DNA of 64,000 nt from Hypanus sabinus. Its lineage: Eukaryota. This document shows positions 25,420-36,534 of the stretch, piece by piece. Positions within the stretch are counted from its first letter, which is position 1. Every line of letters starts with the position of its first letter. The stretch is from the NCBI RefSeq assembly GCF_030144855.1, contig NC_082706.1:200446001-200510000 (forward strand), in the 5' to 3' direction. The position numbers were made by a program, and so were the translations under genes. The notes below the pieces were generated by a model. It made no database searches. It saw only the letters and a program-made list of their open reading frames with translations, and had not been told where the DNA came from.

Positions 25420-26099
25420 ACATAAGGACCAGGACATTTTGGCCCAATTAAGTGGCTGCCCTAATGGTAATAGCTAAAAAGGTATAAATAAAAGATAAAC
25501 TACTGCTTAACTGAGTGACAAAGGGTCTTGGCCCAAAACATTGACAGTGCTTCTCCCTATAGATGCTGCCTGGCCTGCTGTGTTCCAACAGCATTTTGTG
25601 TCTGTTGCTTGGATTTCTAGCATCTGCAGATTTCCTCGTGTTTGCTGTTTAACTGAGTCACAGGTTATGTTTTTAAGTGACTACATCCTCCAAATTTTCA
25701 ATTTCATATTCAGGACAATTGTGGATATCTTCAAATTCTTTGTAGTTCCTAACTTGAAGTAATGAAATCATTTCATTTTCACTCTTGGCATTTCTGGCAT
25801 CTCCAAACCTGAATGTTTGAAACCGCAGTGAACAAAGAGGTTCTGAAATGTTTTCCAGCTTATTTCTCGCCATCAGTGACAAAAATCACTGTTTTTTTGA
25901 ACACAGACGATATTTAAAATTGTTCACTTGAAGCATGGTGTAGTGTCAAACAGCCATGCAAGTGGAGGCGACTGACGGCATAGTGTCCCAAAGATATGAA
26001 GGAAATGCAGTTATTTTCAATTAGTTTTGTTTTTTAAGAGTTGCCCCAAATAAACAGCTGCCTCAATTAATCAGGGGTCCAACTAACTGGAACCCACTG
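25420..26099 (-). mobile_element. Tigger/pogo non-autonomous element (copy 2) containing a PLE-derived insertion
   Basis: ORF 25673..25882 shares SENEMISLLQVRNY.EFE with 12917..13147. End ...aactggaacccactg followed by TA. Confidence 0.7.
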
Positions 26100-27060
26100 T
26101 ACTCAGAGAAATCTTTAAACTTTCCCTCATCGAAAGAGGTTCCGACCTGCTTGTAATAGCCACTAGCATCCTGGTGCCAAAGAAAAATAAGGCCGTGTGC
26201 TTTAACGACTATCCCCTGTTGGTCAAGACATGCATCATAATTGGTCATGGCATACATCGTGACCAGCCGCTCTCAGAGAACCTTGACCTATACCTACCAC
26301 TGACCAAATTTGAGCATTTAAACTCATTTCTAACCCAAGTCTACAACTATGAACTCCTTTGCAAATGGATCCAGTACTTTCAAACAAGAGACTGCAATCA
26401 GTAAGGATAGGCACACAACACCTTCTCCATTAGTGCTGAGGTGGGAGTTGAAAGCTTCAAATTCCTAGGTATAAATGTTTGTTCTGAATCAACCACATGG
26501 ACACAATGGCCAAGAAAGTACACCAAAACCTCAGTCCTGCTGAAGGGTCTCGGCTTGAAACATCGATGGTCCATTTTTCCATAGATGCTGCCTGGCCTGC
26601 TGAGTTCCTTCATTTTGTGCACTGCATGAAATTGCAGAATACAACCTAGACCATCTTGTAAACCAATTTCCCTCCAATGACTCTGCACTACCTCCAAGAC
26701 ATAGTCAACATAATCAAGGACTCCTCCCATGCTAGTCACATTCTCTTCTCCCCTCTCCCATCAAGCAGAAGTTCAAATACCCTGAGAAACCACCAGTCTC
26801 AAGGACAGATATTATCCCACTGTTATTACTCTTCAATGGAGCATTCCTATGCTAAAAGATGAACCCTTGATCAATCATTAAGGACACCGCTGTAGCTTTT
26901 GCATTATATTTGTTTACCAACATTGCACCTTATTCACAACAGCAATACTATTTTCTGCACGGTTTCTTCTTTTTACTATAGGAATGATATCTGTAGATGG
27001 TATGCAAAAAAAAGCTTTTCACTGTATCTCAGTACATGTGATAATGAAACAGTACCAATA
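26100..27060 (+). mobile_element. Decayed Rex1/Babar LINE with an inserted hammerhead-bearing PLE fragment (about 26530-26620)
   Basis: VPKKNKAVCFNDY (Rex1 PVPKK...CLNDYRP-like), FKFLG remnant and a Rex-type tail. Confidence 0.7.
26532..26569 (+). ncRNA. Hammerhead ribozyme relic
   Basis: CAGUC-CUGcUGA-A-GGGU CUCG GCUU-GAAA-CAUC-GAUGG. A6 is changed to C. Confidence 0.55.
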
Positions 27061-27749
27061 ATGTGAATTAAAACACAAAAGCTGCTATTTGAAATTAATT
27101 TTCTTAAATTACTTCAGGCTTGGGTCACATATCATCAGAACAGATCAGAAGTATAGTGATCTTTAACATTAGCTCCTTGAGTAATTGAGTAATACTGTGA
27201 TCTCCAAAATTCAGCCAACAAGTCTACACAATGAATAGCCAAGCAGTATGGAACAAGGTGTCAGCTCAATTTTCCATCTGTGCTAAATTAGCATGTTGCT
27301 ACAGGAGTGGTAGAGATGTGATATGTCTGTCACAGAAGAAAAGGTCACCGTCCATAGCACATGACATTTATGCATTAGTTACATCAAGGGATGGACAGGC
27401 AAAAGTTTATTACAACTTTTTAGATTAAACATCATGATCACCCATGACATAGGACATGGCACATAATGATGACAACGACTGATGTCAACTGCTGGTTGGT
27501 CTAAGTAAATTATAAAATTCAGTAAATTTCTGAGTTTCTCACACAGGCAGTAATTGTATTCTGGAAAAAAAAGCAAACACTTCAAAGACTCCCTTTTAAC
27601 TTATCTGCCTAGTTGGTTCAGTCTTGTTATTCCTGACCTACAAAAGCTTCCATATCTCAGATACAAGAAGTTGCTTTGGGAGTAGATGATATCCTGCTTC
27701 TACTAACAACAGTGGTGTTATCAGCAAATATATAGAATAGCTCTAAGTA

Positions 27750-28345
27750 AACTTATTACCATATGACAACCATGAGATTCACTTTCTTGGGACATACTCA
27801 AAAAATCTAAAGAATAATAATGAATAAAGAATAAAGAAAGAAATAATAAGCAATATTAAAAACATGAGATGAAGAGTCCATTGGTTGTGAGAACATTTCA
27901 ATGATTCAGCAATTAAAGTTGAGTGAAGTTATCTCCTTTCGTTCAAGAGCCTGGTGGATGAGGGGTAATAACTTCCTGAACCTAATGGCGTGCATCCAGA
28001 GGCTCTGGTACCCTCTTCTTGATGGCAGCAGTGAGAAGACAGCATGTGCTAGGTGGTGTGGGGGTCCCTGATAATGATGTTGCTTTACTGCACCATCATG
28101 TAAGATGTGCTCATATGGTTGGGAGGGCTTTACCCGTGATGGACTGGATTTTCCATTCAAGGGCATTGGTGTAGAGTGTAGGTTATGTGTGTAGAGTGAA
28201 AAGAGCAGAGGACTGAGCATGTATCCTTGAAGTGCACCTGTGTTGAATGCCAGTGAGGATATGTTATTATTACCCACACTGACTGTGGTCTCCTACACAG
28301 TTGCAGAGGGAGGTACAAAGACCAGGTTTTGAAGCCTGATTATTA
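27750..28345 (-). mobile_element. Rex1/Babar LINE fragment
   Basis: ORF 27906..28277 NTGALQG.MLSPLLFSLYTH (RT GxPQG motif) plus Rex tail. Confidence 0.75.
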
Positions 28346-28532
28346 GTGAGGGGATAATGGTGGTGGTGGTGGTGGCCTCTTGTTAAATAATAGCAGTGGG
28401 TCATGTTGTCAACACTGATAAAACAGCTAAATGATAGAAAACATCTCATAGGAATGCACCCCAATTATAGAAGTCAACAGGCAAAGGGACAATGGCTTTA
28501 CAGAAACTATTTTCTGTAAAACAAAAATATAT

Positions 28533-28593
28533 AATTGCTGTACTGCATGTTTTATATATATATGTATAAAATAAAACATGCAGTACAGCAATT
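28533..28593. repeat. Perfect 23-bp inverted repeat with 15-nt AT loop
   Basis: aattgctgtactgcatgttttat (28533-28555) / ataaaacatgcagtacagcaatt (28571-28593). Confidence 0.95.
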
Positions 28594-29544
28594 TTTTTTA
28601 AACAGTTGTACAATGAAACACTGGTTATGAAGCATCAGTTATTGCATAATATAAATAAGTCCAATGTCACACTACCTGATAGACCACCGGCATAGATGCA
28701 AATTAAGTTTAATAATGCTGCAGGAGTAATTTTTTGCATGGTGGTATCTAGGTTCTGTTTTCCCTCACAGCATGCTCCCCAGTGAATGGAATGCTTTAGG
28801 ATCTGGTTTGAAAGTTCAGAGATGCTTGCATTCATGGGCTAATTGCATTCTATGAAGTGATTAAAACAAACTTGGCTGTTAATTTTGGACAGAGGTGCAT
28901 GCCATTGCAGATTACCAACTTCATTTGCAACACAGGCTGGCCTCACTATAACTTTTGTCAGCAAAACGGAATGCAGAGAATGAACAGAGCCAATACTTGG
29001 GAATGGGGGAGGGTAGAAGGTGACTGGAGGAGAGAGAAAAATCTGCTTGGAACTTTAATGGCATTACAGACCTGGACAACTCTCCAGATTGTTAGAGGAT
29101 TATTCAGACTTGTGACTGAGTACTTAAAAAAATTTGATTTCCAAGGTGAAAGTCACCAAATCTTGAATTAAGCAAATAATCTAATTTACTTTCAGCAGCC
29201 TAAGTTTAAACTCTGCTTGTACTGAGACCTTCTAAATCAATCAATAATCAAATGGTTAGAATTTCTTCAAGAACAGGCTAATTGCAAGTGTTCAATTTGT
29301 CAACATTACCTGAAAAAAATTAACAAAGAAGGTTTATATGAGATTGTGTTGGCTGAATCCATTTGCTACCACTTTCAAAATGCTGATGGAACGCAACAGG
29401 CCTGGCAGCATCTATAAGGAGAAGCACTGTCAACGTTTCGGGCCGAGACCCTGCTGTGTTCCACCGGCATTTTGTGTGTGTTGTTTGAATTTCCAGCATC
29501 TGCAGATTTCCTCGTGTTTGCTACCGCTTTCGATTGAAATTGTT

Positions 29545-29950
29545 TAGAGTCATAGAAAAGTACTCCACAGTAACAAGCCCTACCTAGTCCATGCTGAAAC
29601 CATTTAAACTGCCTTCTTCCAATGACCTGTCCTGGGACGATAGCCCTCCACATCCCTACCATTCATGTTCCAATGCAAACCTCTTAAACGATGAAATTAA
29701 GCTTGCATGCAGCACTTGCACTAATAGCTCATTCCATACTCTCACCACCCCAAGTGAAAATTTCCACTCACATTCCCCCTAAACCTTTCGCCATTCATCC
29801 TTAACCCATGACCATGACCTCTGGTTGTAGTCCCATGCAATCTCAGTGGAAAATGTCTGTTTGCATTTACCTCATCTATACTCCTTATAATTTTGCATAC
29901 ATCTAACAAATCTCCTCTCAATCTTCTCTGTCCCAAGGAATAAAATCCTA
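29545..29950 (-). mobile_element. CR1 3'-end fragment
   Basis: ORF 29742..29936 QRRLRGDL..V.KIIR.ID.V....FPL. Confidence 0.8.
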
Positions 29951-30716
29951 ATTTTCAGCTGAAGTTTTTAGTTTGTGTTTGATAATTTACATCAAACCAA
30001 ACAGATTGACAGCAGTGATTGACAGCCTTAAGGAATATTAAGAAACCTCAGCACACAAAGTCCAAGGATGCCTGAAAATAGCAGTGCAGTTAGATACGAT
30101 GCAGCAGAAGGCATATGAGATGCATGACTTCGTTAGCCAGGACAGAAAATATAAGAGTAAGGATATTGTGGTACAATTTGCTGGCTACTAAGAAAGGTCG
30201 TTTCTGTCAAATCCTCCAAAAACAGCTGGAGGTCAAGGTGCCAAGGCACACAGCCTTGAAAGTATATAGAGTGGGTATAAGGTGGCCTTTCATTCCCATC
30301 CCAATTTACGTTTACCAAGGATGTCTGGAAAGGGAAACAGAATTGTCAAGGTTCACACAAGTAGCTAAATAACACAGGGCTATGAGCTATCTGCAGGGAC
30401 ATGCAACTGCTCTTTCTCAACCTGGTGAAAGATGCAATTTGGTCTGTCTGACAGCTCCGCCTTCCAGTGAAAAGAGCTATATATAAACATGAACTTTGCA
30501 AACAGAGACTCTCAAAGACCCAGGTCCACATGTTCAGGGTCTCAATAAATCTTGTTTGTTCCAGAAATCCTCTATGGTTTTAAGGCTACTGCACACCAAA
30601 AAGCTGGAACTTGAATAAAAATTCTTGACATGTTCATGGAATGTATGAGAAATAAAACTGATGTCATCCAGAAATAATTTAAGTCTTCTGGGTAACTGAA
30701 ATGATTTGTACTATGA

Positions 30717-30895
30717 CGTACAGGCAAGCTGGATGAACTCAGCAGGTCGGGCAGCATCCGTTGAAATGGGCAGTCAACATATTGGGCCGAAACATTGACT
30801 GCTCATTTCAACGGATGCTACCCAACCTGTTGAGTTCATCCAGCTTGTTTGTACATCTTGATTTGACCAAAGCACCTGCAGTATACTTTGTATTT
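30717..30895. mobile_element. PLE-derived fold-back mini-element with 16-bp TSD
   Basis: 68-bp inverted arms 30718-30785 / 30787-30854. Perfect TSD atgatttgtactatga at 30701-30716 and 30896-30911. Confidence 0.85.
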
Positions 30896-32194
30896 ATGAT
30901 TTGTACTATGAATTGTGCCATAACTCTACAATATTTGCAATAATACAAATAAGGACCATTTCTACTGAAATGCATGCCACAAATTCCCAGCACAGTATTC
31001 TTTTTAACACTGCAGGCTCTTAAAAGTATCAAATCAGTTTACTAGAGAAACACATTCAGAGCTTAAATAGATGTTCCTCAACTTTATGATACAGCAATTC
31101 ATTTACTTGAAGAAAATTCAGCTCTTTAACAAAACACAGCCAACGGCATCAGCAGAGAACTTCCTCCAGCAGCAAACATGGGAATATCCTCATTATGCAC
31201 ATATTTTTAAAGATCAATAAATCTTTGCTTTCGAACTGATCCCCTTCCAAATGTTATTGTTTTGCTACAGTGTACAGATTCCATATTGCACCACATGAAA
31301 CACCAACTACAGGCCGCTTGAAGACAGTCACTGGTAGTATAGGAAAATAATACTTGTATAAGATGGAATGTTCACTCGGTGGAAGACAAGCTGGAGTGCA
31401 TTTGTCTGCAGCTGCCACTAGCACGAGATGAGGAAATGTGCTTGTTCTTGCAGAAATGTGGCTTCAGGACAATGTCGCACATACCATCAATCTGGTGACC
31501 ACGCCACTCAAGGATGTGCTTTTTTTAAATGACTATGATTTTCTGCTATCATAACACTATGTGTGCTATATATGCTGTGTGCTACGGTTGGTACTGTGTC
31601 CTGCAGCTTGGCACCTTGAAGGAATGCTGTTTCGTTTGGCTGCATTAATGAGTATGGTTGAATGACAAACAAACAAACTTGAAATAGAAAAAAAACTGCA
31701 TATGCTGGAAATCTGAAATAAAAACAATATGCTGGAACCACTCAGCGGATCAGGCAGCATCCTTGGAAAGAGAAACGGAGTTAACAGAAAATTTCTGGCA
31801 AAGGATCTCTGACCTGAAATGTAAACATTCTCTATTTCCACAAATGCTGCCTGATCAGCTGAGTGCACCAGCATCATTTTATTTCACACCAAACACTATT
31901 TTAATATAATTTTGGTAAAGCTAGTATTATCAGTTCATTAATACACGTCATGTCCAGGAGCCCTCATTTGGTAAGGCTGCAGATACGTTTCCACAATACT
32001 AATAGTGAAATTCTAGGATTTTTAACAATCGTGAAAGAGAAACATTTCCAAGATAGGATAATGAACAACGGAGTCAAACTTGCATTCTTTTGCTCCACAG
32101 CTGCAGCTTGGACTGCTGAGTAATTGCAGATACTCCGCATATATTTGCAATGAGTGTATCCAGCGTATCTCAGATCTATCCTCTTTTCCTTTAA

Positions 32195-33005
32195 TTTCAC
32201 CTCCTCCAGACGAATCAGCGCGAGATATACCAGCTAGCTGAATAGAGTCGCAGCAACTCAATGTCAGTAAGACCAAAGAGCTGATTGTGGACTTCAGAAA
32301 GGGTAAGATGAGGGAACACAAACCAATCCTCATAGCGGGATCAGAAGAGGAGAGAGTGAACAATTTCAAGTTTCTGGGTGTCAAGATCTCTGAGGATCTA
32401 ACCTGGTTCCAACATATCGGTGCATCTAGAAAGAAGGCAAGTCAGCAGCTATATTACATCAGGAGTTTGAGGATATTTGGTTTGTCACCTAAAACACTCG
32501 AAAACTTCTACAGATGTACTGCCGAGAGCATTCTGATAGTCTACCTTACTGTCTGATTTGGGTTGGGGCTATTGCACAGGATCGAAAGAAGCTACAGAAA
32601 GTTGTAAGATTAATCAGCTCCACCTTGGGTACTAGCCTCTGTAGCATCCAAGTAGTGCCTCAGAAAGGCAGCGTCCATTATTACGGACCCCAATCATCCA
32701 GGACATGCCCTCTTTTCATTGTTACCATCAAGGAGGTACCGAAGCCTGAAGATACGCACTCAGTGATTCAGGAACAGCTTCTTCCCCTTTGCTATATAGT
32801 TTCTAAATGGACATTGAACCCATGAACATTACCTTTTTTAAAAATCATTTCTGCTTTTGCACTATATTTTATTGAACCATTTAATATACACATATACTTA
32901 CTGTAATTAATCTTTCTCTATATTTATCAAGTATTGCATTGTACTGCTGCTGCTCAGTTAACAAATTTCATGACATATGCTGGTGATATTAAACCTGATT
33001 TTGAA
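32195..33005 (+). mobile_element. 5'-truncated Rex1/Babar LINE
   Basis: LNVSKTKELIVDFRK...FKFLGVKISEDLTW..HI....KKA.Q.LYYIRSLR.FG....TLENFYRCTAESIL, tail gatattaaacctgattttga. Confidence 0.88.
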
Positions 33006-33419
33006 GTAACAAGCTTTAACCACCCACACTCAGCCAGCATGAATGCCACCCATTTAATTCAGTCTCTCCTACTTCAGATATTCCATGAAATACTCTTCAC
33101 TCTTCCTTTTGCCTATTTTCTATTTTTTAATGCCAATTAGTATTAGATAAGCTTTACCATAAATATTCTGCAAATTGCATGAAATTGACAACCCCTTGGA
33201 AGCCAATCATCTACTACTGCCAACTTGATTTGGCAAAATATGTTTCCCAATGAATGGCATGAAGCCCAAGTAGAGTCTACACATTCAAATGAATTTCATG
33301 CTTGGAACTAAGGTCATGTACATTCACAAGAGAAATCAAAAGACAGATGATCCAATTCAGGAAGGGGTTCCCAACCTGGGGTCCACAGCCCATTGGTTAA
33401 TGGCATAAAAAAGGTTGGT

Positions 33420-34350
33420 TACAGCTTATCTAAATGGAGAGGGGCTGCAAACTAAAGCACAAATGGATCAAGGTGTTAATACCGCATGAATCATAAAAAA
33501 ACAACAGACAGGTCCAACAAGTAGTTAAGGGAACTGTATTTTGTCCCAAGATTGGAGTTTAAAAATACAAAGGTATATTTTTTGCAATTGTATGGACAGC
33601 ACAACCTCAAAATAAAGGGACATCCCTTCAGAACAGAGATTTAGTGGTGAATTTGTGGATGCCAAGTCATTGGGTATATTCAAAGTGGAGGTTGACAGGT
33701 CCTTGATTAATACAAGTGTCAAAGCTTACAGGAAGAAGGCAGGAGAACGTGTTGAGAGGAATAATAAATCAGCTATACTGGAATGGCAGAGTCGATGGGC
33801 CAGATGGTCTAATCATGTTTTTATGTCAATGATCTCAATGTACAGGAGATACGAATCCTGCAAATGATTATGACCCCCTTATATAAAAAAAAACACTAAC
33901 ATTACAAAAACCATAAAGGAGATTCACCAGGCTACCTAGTGAAATGAGAGAGTTGCCCTACTTAGAGACACTAGGTAGCTCGGGTATGTATTCCTTGGAA
34001 CTTAGATGCTGGGTTGCCTACAGGGTCCCAAGGAGGATTGACAGGGCAGTTGTTGGGACCTTTTCACCAATGGGAAAGCTACAAACAAGGGGACATTCCT
34101 TCAAAGTGACAGTCATTTAAGACTGAGGTATGTAGAAGTGGCTTCTTGCAGTGGATGGTAAACTTCTGCCTCAGTGGGTGGTGGAAACTGGATTATTAGA
34201 AATACTTATAGCAGTGGAAGACAAATAAGGAGAAATGGTACAGAAGAGTCAAGCCGGGCAAAGATTGAACATGACCCACTAAAATGGAGGGCGGGGGCAG
34301 GAGAGAGAAATTGAAGAGCAACATGGCCAACCCTGCCAGCTATTTTCTTG
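33420..34350 (+). mobile_element. Two decayed CR1 3' fragments
   Basis: AKSLGIFKVEVDRSL motif and CR1 tails. Confidence 0.65.
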
Positions 34351-34396
34351 TGTTTACTCAATACACAATGGAACACTTAGTTATTCAGTTGGGCTT

Positions 34397-34688
34397 AGGC
34401 AGCATGGTACCATTGGAGCTAAATGCTTTACAGTGCCAGCAGTCCAGGTTCAGTTCCACCGCTCTAAGAAGTTTGTACATTCTCCCCGTGACCATGTGAG
34501 TTTACTCTCGGTGCTCTGGTTTTCTCCCACATTCCAAAGATGTATGGGTTAGGGTTAGTAGTTGTGGGCATGCCAAGTTAATGCAGGAAGAGTGCTGCCC
34601 CTAGCATATGCTCAGATTGCATTGGTCACTGATGCAAAACAACACACCTCAATGTATGTTTTGAGTACACGACAAATAAAACTAATAT
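34397..34688 (+). mobile_element. V-domain SINE
   Basis: agtttgtacattctccccgtgaccatgtgagtttactctcggtgctctggttttctcccacattccaaagatg. Confidence 0.8.
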
Positions 34689-35019
34689 TTAATTTAAAAG
34701 AATAATTGCAATATTTTACTGGAACAAATTCAAATGAACATACTCTAAAGTCCTCAAACAAGCCTCACGATTAAAGGTTTAGAATGAATGACAAATCAAA
34801 ACAGGATGTTCAGTATTGCATGTCTGTAACAATTCAGTAACATTTCACATCTTGCGGCTCACTTAGAGACGATGCAAAGGATAATGAAAGTTGGATTCCA
34901 CTGCCAACTAAATTTGTAATGGCTCTGCTTTGCATGCATGTGACTGATGTTACACATGATTTATATACAACTATTCTTTATATTTATCTGAAAAAATTAC
35001 TTTTCCTCAATAGGAAGCT

Positions 35020-35490
35020 CAAAGTTCGAAGTAAATTTATTATCAAAGTACGTACACGTCACAAAGTACTATCCTGAGATTAATTTTCTTGCAGGCATTT
35101 ACAGTAGATACAAAGAAATACAACAAAATCAATGAAAAACTACACAAAAACAGATAGACAACCAATGTGCAAATGTGGTAAAATACGCAAATACAAGTAA
35201 ATAAGTCACAAGTGAAAATAACATTGAGAATACAAGTTGTAGAGTCCTTGAAAGAGAATCCATAGTTTGTGGAGACAATTCAGTGTTGAGAAGAGTGAAG
35301 TTATCCACACTGGTTCAAGAGCATGATGGTAGAGGGATAATAACTGTTCCTGAACCTGGTGGCATGGGTCCTAAGGCTCCTGTAGCACCTTCTTAATGGT
35401 AGCAGCGAGAACAGAGCATGGCCTGGGCGGTGGTGATCCTTAATGACAGATGCTGCTTTCTTCAAGGACTTCCACCATCCAAGCCATGCT
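35020..35490 (-). mobile_element. Rex1/Babar 3' fragment (related tails at about 37150-37415, 40390-40890, 46050-46610 and 60320-60555)
   Basis: Shared terminus ...gataataaatttactttgaactttga and ...caccaggttcaggaacagttattacc. Confidence 0.7.
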
Positions 35491-35989
35491 TAGAGTTCAT
35501 AAACTAAATAAATAGTTTTCTGAATAGACAGCATTTTATCCTTTATAATAAGAGTATATGCTGCAGAAAAAATACCACTTCTCTCTTTCCATCTAGAGGT
35601 GCAGTGCTGTTAATACTTTCTTGTAACAAAGTGGTAGACCACATTATTCATGGAGCCTCAGTATAAACTATTTGATGAAACAATTCACCATTACCTCCAA
35701 CCAGGAATGAAATGAAAGCAGGACTCCAGATTTCTACTTTTGTTATAAATCACCTGTTTCTCTTTTGCTTTTTAAAAGATGTTAAAAAAATTACAATGTG
35801 CAATTATGTAGTAAAAAGAGAAGCTTTTACCTGAAATGATGGCAGGGAAGAGAAAGGAAGAGGAAATCTCAGTTTTCATTTCACATTGAATGTGAAATAT
35901 CTTAGCTATACAAAAAGTCTTGGCAACCTGTGACAACTAAGCAAGGTTTTACAAAATAATTGCAATTGCATTCAGAAGTACCAGCACTG

Positions 35990-36534
35990 AGTACAGGCAA
36001 TGCCAATTGGTCACTAACTGGTCACTAACAGTTTCTAACTAGCGTCAGTCATTTGCACTTGTGTGGTGTTAGACACTATACCTTGCTTAGAGCAAACAGT
36101 TTTTAAGTAGCGTTAGTTGCGTGTGCTTGTGTTGTTATGTTAATCATTTGGGTTGATGGATACCAAATTAAGGAGTGATTTTTTTTGACACTACTTCAGG
36201 TAGGAAGGCAAAGAAGGCATCATCTGCATTGTGTCTTCATGGATTTTGTTCATTTATAGTCAAAAGAACATAGTAGTACAAACAGTATGAATTTCTTTGT
36301 TGATAACTATTAGGAGCTAATACACAGTTCTATAGTACTGTAGAAGTATTAGTAGGCTTCTAATTTGTTCTGTATTTCATATAAATATATCATTTGTTAC
36401 TCAGTTAAATGGTAGTTTGTCTTTTTTTTACCCCTTTTTAACTATTTCTTTGAAATTTTGGCTAATTAGGGTAGCTGCTTAATTGGATTAAAATGTATTG
36501 GTCCTAATGTGTCCCAATTAACTGCAATCTACTG
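35990..36534 (+). mobile_element. Tigger/pogo non-autonomous element (copy 3)
   Basis: Terminus ...gctaattagggtagctgcttaattgg...gtgtcccaattaactgcaatctactg followed by TA, homologous to 13530-13595. Confidence 0.65.
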
